Source: Phoronis australis
Lineage: Eukaryota; Animalia; Phoronida
Length of the DNA stretch: 64,000 nucleotides
Direction of reading: 5' to 3'
Assembly (NCBI GenBank): GCA_002633005.1
Contig: NMRA01000017.1
Span: 206,260 to 270,259, forward strand
The translations under genes were made by a program, and so were the position numbers. The notes beneath the pieces are model-generated. The model had not been told where the DNA came from, did not search any database, and saw only the letters and a program-made list of their open reading frames with translations. Below are positions 50,469 to 62,100 of this stretch, in pieces (position 1 is the first letter of the stretch; every line of letters starts with the position of its first letter).

Positions 50469-51783
50469 ATGAGTGTGAGCGTATGTGCGCATTTATGGAG
50501 GAAGATTAGGAAGTCTGTGGTGACCAGAATTTTTCTGGCTTCGCGCGTATTTCAAAAATCGTGAATTTTGTGATTTTTCGACGTAGAAATTCCCTCACAG
50601 AGGAAAGTGAATAACTCTGTAGTAGACGTTGCGAGATGGTCGTTTCGTCAGAAATTGTTTAAAATGTATTTTTGGCGAGCTTTCGGGTCCCATGCCTCTG
50701 AAATAAAAACTAATCCTATTTTGAACATTCAATGGAACTGTGTAAATTCGATCCCGTTTTTGTAAACTCAATCCTATTTTAGAAAGTAGATCCTATTTTT
50801 AGAAATTCAATGCTACTTTAAAAATTTAGTCCTATTTCATCAATGCAATGCGCTTGAAGACTTCAGATTTGTGTTGCAGAAACATAACAAGGAAATGGTT
50901 AAACCATAAGGGAAACAATTTCAATGATTCAAAACGAAAGATTCCTACGCTTTAAAGATCAAGATTTTAGAATATGGTCCCTCGCAGTCGTCGTGAAGAA
51001 TTTACTCAGGCATTCATTCAAAGTTAAACGCCTTTATAATTTAATTGGACCTCTGGTGCCGTTTGATACTTCACTAACTAAAATCAGGATGCAGCGACAT
51101 CTACAAAAAATGTGATAGACTAATTACTCCAATTACCTATCCGCAGGTAAGGGTACTTTCTTTCATAGAGCTACAAAAGGTAGCACAGTGAAAATATAGA
51201 CCATTCAACTTACAAATAGTACGTGCGATATGATTTTTGCAAATCTGAAATTACCCTAAATACTGTTTTGGTGAATTTTAGTGACGAAATAACGTTTGGT
51301 GCGAAGTTGGCGGCGACTGGGGAGTAGAAATGGTAACATTAAGGGGCGGCATTTTGACGAAATTTGTGGTCTGTGTCTGTTCCCCAATAATGTCTTCCTG
51401 GTTTTGCTTCTCTATGGGCTGATGGTACATGTTCTAGTGTTCTCATCAGGGTTCGTGAGCGTGGTGTATACCACGCTCAAATTTTGGGACCCCACGCTTG
51501 TGTTGATCCTTCATGTTCATTTTTACTGATCGTCCGACTAAAAGGCTCTTGAATAGTTTCATGGAAAAATGTCTACAGTAGTGGCCGCATTCGTCTAATC
51601 ACCCACAAAAATAAGAAAGAAAACAAAAACGTTGGTCTCCCATTCGGAACTTTGCTGAACATTACGATTTACAGCGTTACATCCAACACCTTCAGATCTA
51701 GCCCAATCTGTGAGAACAGTGTGGTCGCCGGATATGCCCAAGAAGTTGTAAAAAGGTTTTCTCCTGAACAGAGCCTCTAGATT

Positions 51784-52210
51784 CATAGGCGGATTTGGGG
51801 GGCAGGGGACCCTCCCCCCTCCCCTTGGCTGCCGCCAAAAATATGAAACGGCAAGAGCGTGAGGAAATATTGAGTTTAGAAAGTTTAGTAATCCCGGTAA
51901 TTAACACGGGGGTGAAACAAGATTTGGGGGGGGGGGCTCAGACCTCATTGCAAGCCAAGCGTCCCATCGAGACAACCGGTGCAACCCGTCTTCCGTTTTA
52001 TTTATTTATTTTTTTTAGTTGGCCGAAAAATNGCGTCCCATCGAGACAACCGGTGCAACCCGTCTTCCGTTTTATTTATTTATTTTTTTTAGTTGGCCGA
52101 AAAATTCGGTCACCCCTAGAATTTAAGCTGGGTGCGCGCAGGCAAGAGTTCTGTGCGCGATTGCCCAAGACAGAATGTTGCCCCCTTATGTTATCCTAGA
52201 TCCGCCTCTG
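51784..52210. mobile_element. CA..TG MITE with 5-bp TSD
   Basis: cataggcggatt / gatccgcctctg; TSD agatt on both sides; contains an ~75-bp duplication around N52032. Confidence 0.72.
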
Positions 52211-55200
52211 AGATTGGCTGGTAAATTTATTTTCACAGATGCTGGAGTTAAAAACTGAACATCTTTGAATTAAATTGATTTTAATTGATGATAATAACTA
52301 TCTTCATGAAAGATGTTTAAGCAAAACTATAACAATGAAAAGAACGTCATCTTGTGAAAACGTTATCTTACGATTTTGATTGGAAGCGGCATTTCGATAA
52401 AGAAAATACGTCACACAGAGATGATTACGTTGAATGGCGCGCAGTAATTAATAACAAAACAAAACAGCTTAATTTTGGTATCTATAAAGCATTCCTCAAA
52501 ACTTTGAAATAACCATAACACTTTAAAGCTGTTGCATGATTTTCATTCTAAAACTTTATTTCTTTGAAAATAAAGTCAAAAGTTAATTTGCTTTGTCATC
52601 TTCATTCTGGCACTATTTTTTAACGCGCATAATTTTGTCGTCAGCTTCGATCAAAATTTTATCCTGACAACTACAGTCAAGAAATTATAAAGGCGATTTT
52701 AAAAAAGTTGAAGAAATTTCAAGAAATTGAAGAGTATCTTAGCGAACAAGGGACGGCGATTTAATACATTTGTAGATAGGTAAGGGCTGACATATTTGAT
52801 CTAAATTTCCGTCAAATTAAGTCCATGATATGAGAACTGTTCATACTTCATAGTTATACGGGTCCGCCATAACAGCCATCGAAACAAAATCTGCCATTCC
52901 TCGAAAAAAGGCAAAGTTATTTGTCTCAAAAATGACACAAACACAACGTACACCAAATTGTTACACGTTTTTCACACTTACTCTTCCAATTACACTCAAT
53001 AAATTGGGTGTCGGTGCACCGTCTTTAATAAGAGGTCATTTCAAACAATTTTGGCGGGCTGAAACATCAGCAACGGAAAAAAATTACACCAGGAAAATGA
53101 AACTCAAATGTGCAACGTGCAACAGCTCGCGTGTATTACGATTCTCTTTGAGCGTGTGGAATTAGTACTTTCTAACTTGATTTTGGACCGTTAGCATTGA
53201 GACCACCCACTGTATTTCTCTTATTTAAGTTGATGTAAGCTTGCCTTCTATCAATGTTCGTCTGATTCATATTATTGCTATCGATTTGCTTAACACTGGT
53301 CTTCGTGCTCCTTACTCTGATGAGGATTGAATTCTGGTTTTGAGAGTAAATGACACGTGGTTAGTGACCATGCTGGGGGTATACACGTAAAATAAACAGC
53401 CATGACAAGCCAATTAGGCTCAGTTGATCATCGCCTTCAGCAATAACAAACAATCAGTTGTTCGCAATCTCAGAACCCACCTATAATCTGAGTAAAGAGC
53501 GAGAAGAGACCTATTTTATAACACAAGAAATCTACTCAGTCAAAAGTCATTTTCCACAAAATCTGGAATTATTGCAACTTAACTAAACAATTGTAACAAT
53601 AGTTTGTGGCATTACCGGATCACTCATGATATTGGAGACAACTTGTAATATACTATGTAGGCCTCCCAACAATTCCACCTTTTGAGATCTAGATCTAGAC
53701 CTTGAGTTAAGTGTAGAAACGTCCATTTTTGTTATGTATCAAAATTTTAACAGATTATCATGCTAATCATATCAGTTAGATTTTTCAGGCTGATGGATGA
53801 CATAAGGACATCTCTTTGACACCATGGGTTGTGCTATTAAGAAGCAACTTGAGATCATGGTTAGTATTGTCGTGAACTCGTTTTTGGTTATTGTAAGTGT
53901 TGGTTTATGATTTATCTGAAAAAAAGTTGTAATGGCAGATTTGATCCTTTTGCATAGAATGAGGTAAAACAAATCTTGTGTTAATGTATATGTTTTTCAT
54001 GCTAAAATGCAGAGGATATTCAAAAAACTTGAGATGTTTTTCGAAATTATTAATTGTATCTGTGGGCGTGATTTGTAGATCGGACATTTCTTCAACTCTT
54101 ATTTTTGTAAAAGAAAATGTTACTGCCACTGAATATTGTTTTTCTTTATTTTCAGGTGTCAAAGATGGCCACGTGTTCATCCTTCAGCCACTGAAACGAG
54201 GAGAAAAGTAGAAGATTGCGGTTAGAAATAGGCCCAACCATTAAGGGCAATGTTGCATTTTAAGGCGCTTTTGATCAATTTGGCACGTTTTGCTTACTCT
54301 GGATTCGATACTTTCGGTCAATTTTCATAAGAACAAAATGAACAGTTTGGCATGGTGTTTAAGGCAATTGTTTATGCAACGTTCTGACTGAAAATCTGAG
54401 GCGCCTCAGACATTGAAAGGCTAACTTTAAGAGTTTGATATTTTCCTAACTTGATCGCTGCGTCAAGTACAGAGATTATGCACTGGTCTGTTTTCACTCA
54501 GAACCACTTCCTTAATTATGTGAACGAGTAACCTAAAAACAAGGATGATTTTCAAAATTTTCACTTTTGTCTGTGCCAAACAATTATTGCTTATCAAACA
54601 GCATTTTCAGTTGTGTATAGTAATGATACGAAGCACTGTTTGTGCGCCACTCCCTTTTTCAGACATTGTTCAACAAATCATCATTAACGTGTATTATCTA
54701 TTGACCTGCAATAACTGTCTTACTGTGCCCCTTTTCATGTTTCGTAGACAGTTGTTGGGAGGTCCACGTTACCTCAGTTGTAGTTATTACCGTGTTCACT
54801 CAGGTATAAACTTAGAGCTCCAAAAATAGGGGTGGGTTTATACACTGGTGTGTTTGTATCGGACATTTGTGTGTAAGACCATCGGATAGTATCATACATT
54901 CGATGTCCTTTAGTTTTTGATTTGGTTTACTCCTCTGGTTGGTAACTGTTGGCGGGTACCATCTCTCGACCCAGCGCTTCAGAAATCACCCAATGCCACA
55001 GGTATTTTTATACTTTTCCGTCGGTAGTGCGCTTCCCTACATATGGAAACGTGCAAAAACGCAATCTTTTTAACAGAGACCTCCATAACTTTGGGTTGGA
55101 ATGAATCAGATACACGATTTTTGAAACGCTCAATAGCACATTTATATTGTGTTGGCAACTGAAAAATTGGAGATTTTGACAAATTTTTGAAATGTCAGTA

Positions 55201-56182
55201 ATGAGGAGTGTGTTTCCTGAATTGTGCACACGCTTTCGATTAACTTAAAATATTACTTTCCAGGCCGTTTGCACTGGTTCTATTCTGCACAAAATGGCAG
55301 AAGTTTTTACAGCACCATAAAATATGCACATCACTAGATTTTCGAAATATTTTGGTAACACAATCTTTACTTGCATATTTGTTTTCATCACTTTAGAGTG
55401 TCAAGGCTGTGAATTCTGTAATAAGTAGCAATTCTATGCATATCTAATCATTTTATAATTATAAAAGCTTGTGCTTATAATTTGAATTAGTCGTCGCAAT
55501 AAAGAATAATATTGGCCTTTATCGCAGGCAGGGTAGAACGAATTGAATGAGCTTTATTGTTGTAATTGGTATATATTATACATTACATGCATTGATGAAA
55601 GATTATTTGCTTGAAGAGATAGCAACTAAACACTTTACCGTAAAGTTGTAAAATGAACGTAAATCAACGATGTTTGTTACAAAATATTTAAGAAACATGG
55701 TTATTTGTCTGTTGCGTATATTAACCTGAATAGTTTTTAAAACCTCCCAATTCTGTGAAGAATAAATTGATGTCAAAAATGCGGGGAGATAATGCTATTA
55801 AAGGAGGTTCCTCGTTTACAGTTTGAAAAAACCCAAACCACACTCTTTGTCACATTAATTACTTTTACACTAACTTGACAAAATTCTTAAAACCTTCTTA
55901 ATTTGAGTTGTAGCTGGCGAGTATTATGCATCTATTAGTAACCTCATTCTGATGAAGAATTGTCGTTTGCGTTTTGGCCTTTTTTCGTTCATATGGAAAG
56001 TCTCGTGCAGCGGAAAAGTTTGACAGCATTTTCTGATGCATGATGCCTAGAATTATGGGGGCTTATATCGGGGTGTGGGCTTATACCAGAGCGTATAAGA
56101 TATGTCCAAAACGAGCTAAAATATTCGGTTTTTATGAGCTAAGAACTAACCCGTTTAATGTTTACAGATCAAATAACAAACA

Positions 56183-59100
56183 ATGGGCCGCAGAGACAAG
56201 CGTTCCAAGAGAAAGGTCACAGATGATCATCCGTCAGAAGCAGAACGCTTGTGTAAGTTGAAAAACGCTTTAGGTTTGTCTGCAAAATCTGACTTGAGCC
56301 AGTTGCCTGAAGAAACTACTAGTCAGCTGTATGCAATGCTAGATCAGATCACTAGCTTTCAGGCACAAATTGATGGCATGACACCAGGTAAGGCTGGCAA
56401 GTCCTCGAGTAGACGTACAAGGCGAGGCAGCAGACAGAAGGGTAGCAGCAATGCACCAACCAGCGCTACCTTCATTGATCGTAAGAAGGATAATGGCGGA
56501 GCAAGTGACATTCCTTGTTCCAATGCGGTCGAGTCGATCAGTACAGAACAGCACGCCCCCAGCGAGGGTGAGTCTGCAGAAGACGTGACTGAACCACTCC
56601 AACATCTGCAAACAATGGACAAACAGACGGAGGAGCAGCAGTGTCTGCAACAAACCTACAACGAGTGGCTCTCTAACACCAGCAAGTCACTTGTTCAAGA
56701 GGTCTTGAAAAGCTCAATAGTCAGCGAAATCAGTCGTAAAATTGTCCAGGATGTTGTGGCTGGCAGCCTGATGCTGCTGTCAGTAAAAAAGAACCGTGAT
56801 GTCCACATGGGATGTGTGGAGGGTGGTAACACGCAAAAGTCATCATTTGCTGAGAAAGACACTTCATCCCAGCCGGAAGCAGATGAAAATCCCTCCGTGT
56901 TAACCAAAGCAACCACACTGAAAACTGGCCCTGGACTTGAGAACTCCAAACCAGTGCATTTAACGGCCTGGGCTCTCGCTAACAAGGCTCAGGCATTTAC
57001 AGTGGCGGAAAAGAACAACCTTGGACTCTCGGCAAAGTCTGAGATATTACAGCTGACTCAAAAGACCCTGCAGAGGTTAACTGATTCCAGTTCCCTTACA
57101 GAGCCACAGAGGGGCATGATAAAGCGCTATTTACACAAGTCGGTTGCACTTATGCCTTCACTGGAACAGTTTAGTGACGGACATCGAGGTCTGGACATGA
57201 CCAACACATCTGTACAGACACGTCTACAGTCAAGTGATGAAATCACAACCAATGTGCAAGTGTCACCTTCCACAGAAAATCCTACACTTGGTCAAGAAAA
57301 CAAAATAAAGAGCTCAGGACTAGCAGCGGTGCCTGTCAAAGACAAGTCGGAACCCCCCACCATGCAGTGGTTGACAGGCACGGTAACAACAACAACTATG
57401 CAAAACGTGCCCAATACGGGTGACAACAAGGTCCTCCAAAACGTTAACAAAACGGCACCTGGCGACGGGGCTATAACCCGGCACTACCCTTCACGACTTC
57501 ACCAAGCCTTGAGGCAGGCTAGAAGGATATTTGAGATACCAGTGCCTGCGTCGTCCAACATGAATCCCCCACCTCATGTGATGTCCGCCGTCATAGGAGG
57601 GAAGATCATTACGTCTCTGTGTTGCAACATCACTCCCGTATTCTTAGAATATGACAGAGAGAAATCCATCAAACGCTGCCTCTTCGACAGTGTGCATCCT
57701 AGTGGCGAATATGCCATATTTGAAAATATGCCAACGGGGCACTTCCTGACCATCTGCAATGAGTATTCTAACGGATTTATAGTTCCGTGGGCCGTTGGCA
57801 AGGTGGATCCCTCATGCAAACACATCCTTCAACTTTGTTCAGGTCGGCCTGGCAACAATAACAGCGTTGCCGTCGGACAGGTGGTGTCAGCCGACAAGCA
57901 AAATCTTTACGATTCTACAGAGAACAAAGCCAATAAATTGAAGAATTCTTCTAAAGCAAGAGATTTTTGGTGTTATACTGAGATCCCCACAGTGTCAAGA
58001 AAAGTAGACGATGACTTTATTAGTAGGTCTAGAGAAGCTCAAATGCAGAGGATGCTTGACGAAGAATTTAGGAAGATAGCGGAAAAGTTTACTGCAAAGG
58101 CAAATCAACCTGTTGTAGAGGACAGTGTCGAACAAGGTTCAAACCTTGTAGAGAGTGGTGGCAATCGGGAATGCTGGCCTACATTTCACAAAACCAACAG
58201 GTACTTTGAGTTGCCAGACGACCAAGTAAGTGATAGGTACACAGTCACAGAGCAGTACAAGAAGGAATCAATCAGGGTTGATGGAGACTGTGAGTATGGC
58301 AGATATAACAATGAGCATTGCAAGAATGAACTTTATCACGAGACATGTGGGCCGGATTTGCCAAGTTTTACAGGTGGTAATCCGGCGGACGACTACAAAG
58401 CAAAGGAACGACAGAGATGGCTGGCAACCTCTTTGCAAGATGTGCCTGTTTTGGGTGACAACTTTAAGAGAGATGTAAATTCTGGTTCACAATGCTCCAC
58501 GCCCCAAGAGAGACACAAGGAGCTAAATCAATTTTATGATAATGTGCCAGTCAGCGCCAACTGCGGTGATTGTACTAAGAGGGACGGATCACGTGACATT
58601 CAAGACACTAATGAGAGAGAGTCATTCACTGCAGAAGAGCATGTCTCCGTCGGTGGTGAGTCGTCCAGTACAGATCAGCATGTGTCCAGCGAGGACGAGT
58701 CTGGAGAGGACGTGACTGCATCAGAGCAACATCTGCAAGAACTGGTCAAGCAGACGGTGGAGCAGTGTGTGGCGCATGCGCACAATGAGTGGCTCGCTAA
58801 CATCAGCAAGTCACTCGTTGAAAATTTAGTGAAAACCACGATTATCACCGAGGCCAGTAGTAATATCGTAAAGGAGGCTGTGGCTGGCGGTTTGATGCTG
58901 CTGTCAGTGGAGGATGCCAATAGAAGATATGTCGAAAATGTTTCAACCTTGAAGCCTGCTTCCCTGGTCGGCAAAGACGGCCATGTTTTTGCAAAGCCAT
59001 GTCCGTATACGGGAATGAAATGTAAAGCTTTTATGCATACTGAGTGTCCAATAAAGATTTTAGTTGGTACAAGTAGAACTTGCCGGGCTTCGTCTTTTCA

Positions 59101-62100
59101 TAAAAACATTTCAGTGGCACCTTTAGTTTGTACAAACAAAAACAGCCAGGGTTCATCTGTTGAGAAATGCTCTTCTTCTCAACAAGACGGAGGTGTTAGA
59201 CCCGCTATTCGCCACAAAGCACCCCGATCAAAGATTGGCCCAAGATTTGAGCCCGTTCAATCAGTGACCTGGGCTTTCGCTAACAATGAGCCGTTATTTA
59301 CAGTGGCAGAAAAAAACAGACTGGGACTCTCGGCCAAATCCGACATCTTACAGCTGCCCAAGAAGACACTAGAGAAGTTAACTGTGTCCAATTCCCTCAC
59401 GGAGCGACAGAGGGCAGTCATTAAGCGACATCTGTACAAGCCTGTGATTGTTATGCCTTCACTGGAGCAGTTCATGAACAGACTTAGTACGATAAACAGG
59501 ACCACCACAACTGCACAAACACGTCCACAGCCAGCTTATCCAGCTTATGACATCATAACCAAGGTAAACCTTCCTCACATCACAGCCAAATCTGCGCGTG
59601 GCCAAGGAAACGAATTACAGATATCAAGACAAGTTGCTGTGCCTCTCAAAATCAAGCCCAAGTCTCCAATGGCAGTTTTTCAGTCGACGAGTAACCTGAC
59701 AGGAGGAGTGACCGACTCGAGGATGATTCGTTCGGTGAATATCCAGAACAGCAATCCAACAGCCACACAACTTTCCGTGTCTGATGTGAACCCAACAGAG
59801 GTAGGCACTAACACTGGCGATGAAAGACTCAGTTACCCGGATGTACTTAATCGTGTTGATGAGCTGAAGTTAAACAGAGTTAAAGAGGACGAGATCGGTG
59901 CAACTATGATTCATCAACCGACATCTGTACAACGGAAGCACAATGACAATGGCAAAGTCATCAAGGATGGCAATCTTCGTCAGAACGTATTGAAAGAAGA
60001 AACGTTCTCTCATGATCTGAAACTCAACACTTTGATGTCTGACAGTGTAAAAATTCAAGCTTCTAACCATGCTGTATGCAAAGGCGTCAAAGAATTTCCA
60101 CAGCCTTCTGGGCAAACTCAATTTTGTGATCATAAGATGTCTAACAGCATAGCAGAGGAACTTACTGACAATACTTTGAGCACCGGAGAACGTCGACAGG
60201 CAACTGTGCCATCTTCCTCTCTTGATCACTCACTCGTGGCTTTGATGTCAGACAGCATGGAAGAGGAAATTATTGACAATATTTCAAGTAACTGCACCGA
60301 AGAAAAGCCTTTACACCCTTCTGTGTCAGCTTACTGTTTTGGTCAGAAATTAACGGTTTCGAAGTCTGGCAGCTTAGAAGAGAAAGTCATTGAGAATGCT
60401 CTAAACAACGGGGAAAGGGGATTCCTACAGTTGTCTGTGCGAGCGCAAACTATTACGGAAATTAAATTTACATCCGTTGTCGACAAAACTCAAGCTGCTG
60501 TGACACTGAACTGTTTTGATACTATTCAGATTGCAGGAAATGAAATGAAAGTTCATCTGCAGCAAAGATATCGTAAGCAGAGGACGCTTACAGCTGGAGT
60601 GTCTGGACCGCGGATGTTGAATGCTCAGAACAGAAGTCCAACAGCCACACAACTTTCCATGTCTGCTGCTAATTATCTAAGACAGATAGGTACACGTAGA
60701 AGCAAAGAAATGAGGCTGTTGGTACCGAATCCTGCCGATGAAGAGCAATCAAGCAGATTTAAATTAGAACAACCGACATGTGTACAACAGAAGTACGTTG
60801 GCGATACTAGACGTATGGCAGATGGGAAATGTTCCCAGAAAATGTTAAAAGCTGAACTTTCTTCTCGTGATCAGAAACTCAAGATGTCGATGTCGGAAAG
60901 CATAGAAGAGAAAGTTATTGGCAGTATTTTAAATGGCACCAGAGAACGTCCACGGACCACTGCGCGAACCTCCTCTTGTGGTCGCAAAATTAAGGCTTTG
61001 ATGTCTGCCAGCACAGAAGATAATAATTTAAGCAAGGGCACCCGTGAATGTCTGCAGCCTAATATGCAAGTTTCCTCTCGTGATCAGGAATTAAAAGTTT
61101 TGATGTTTAACGGTATAGAAGAGAACCTTATTTACACTACTTTAAGCAACGGCACCAGGGAACGCCTACAACTCGTGCAATCTTCCCCTCTTGACAAGAA
61201 ATTAAAGGTTTTTATGTCTGACAGCATAGTAGAGAAAGTTATTGAAACTACTTTAGACGACGGCACCAGAGAAGGTCTACAGGTTACTGTCCGAACGCAA
61301 AACATGTTTGAAGGTGGAATTGCATCCCTTGCCCACAAAGCCCAGGGTGTTATGTTACGGACATGTTTTGACAACATCCAGGGTGGAAAAAATGAAATGA
61401 AAGATCATCTCCAGCAAAGAAATAGTAGGCAGATGAGAGCTGGAGTCTCAGAACTTAGGACGGTTAGCGGAGATGACGATGTTGTCTCTTGTAACAGCAA
61501 AGGATTTAAAGCGCAGCCTATTTTGCGATTTAACACACAGGATATTGAAAGAGCCAGAAACCACTCTTTGACGTCAGTTCAGAGCAACAACGGCAGAACT
61601 GATAATACTCAAAGCACAGATGATCCTGCCTCTATTGGTCATGGACATCAACGAAGCAGAGGTGATACCGCTCAAGTGACAGGTAACCCTCTCCCCAATG
61701 ACAGAAGTGATATTTCCCAAAGCACTGGGGAGCTTTTCCCCCATCTTAAAAATGTTGAGTCTCAAAGCACAGGTCACTTTTTCCACCATGGCAGAAATGA
61801 TGAGATTCAAAGCACAGGTGAATTTCTTCCCCACCATGGAAATGACAACACCCAAAGCACAGGTGACCCTCTCTCCCTTGGTAGAGGTGACGAGACTCAA
61901 CGCAAAAGCGCCTCTTTCCATATTAGACCAGAACAACTACGAAAACCCCTTGGTCAAAATGATCTGAGGCAAAGTATAGATGACCTTTTCCCCCTTGAAA
62001 AAAGTGACCAAACTCTAGGCATGTGTGACCCTATCCCCCGTTGCATAAAATTTAAGAGTCAAAGCACACTAGGCCGTCTCCCCCGTGGCAAAAACTATAA

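Noticed and set aside
51958-52106. ~75-bp tandem duplication
   Set aside because: Near-identical copies on either side of a single N indicate a contig-overlap artefact.
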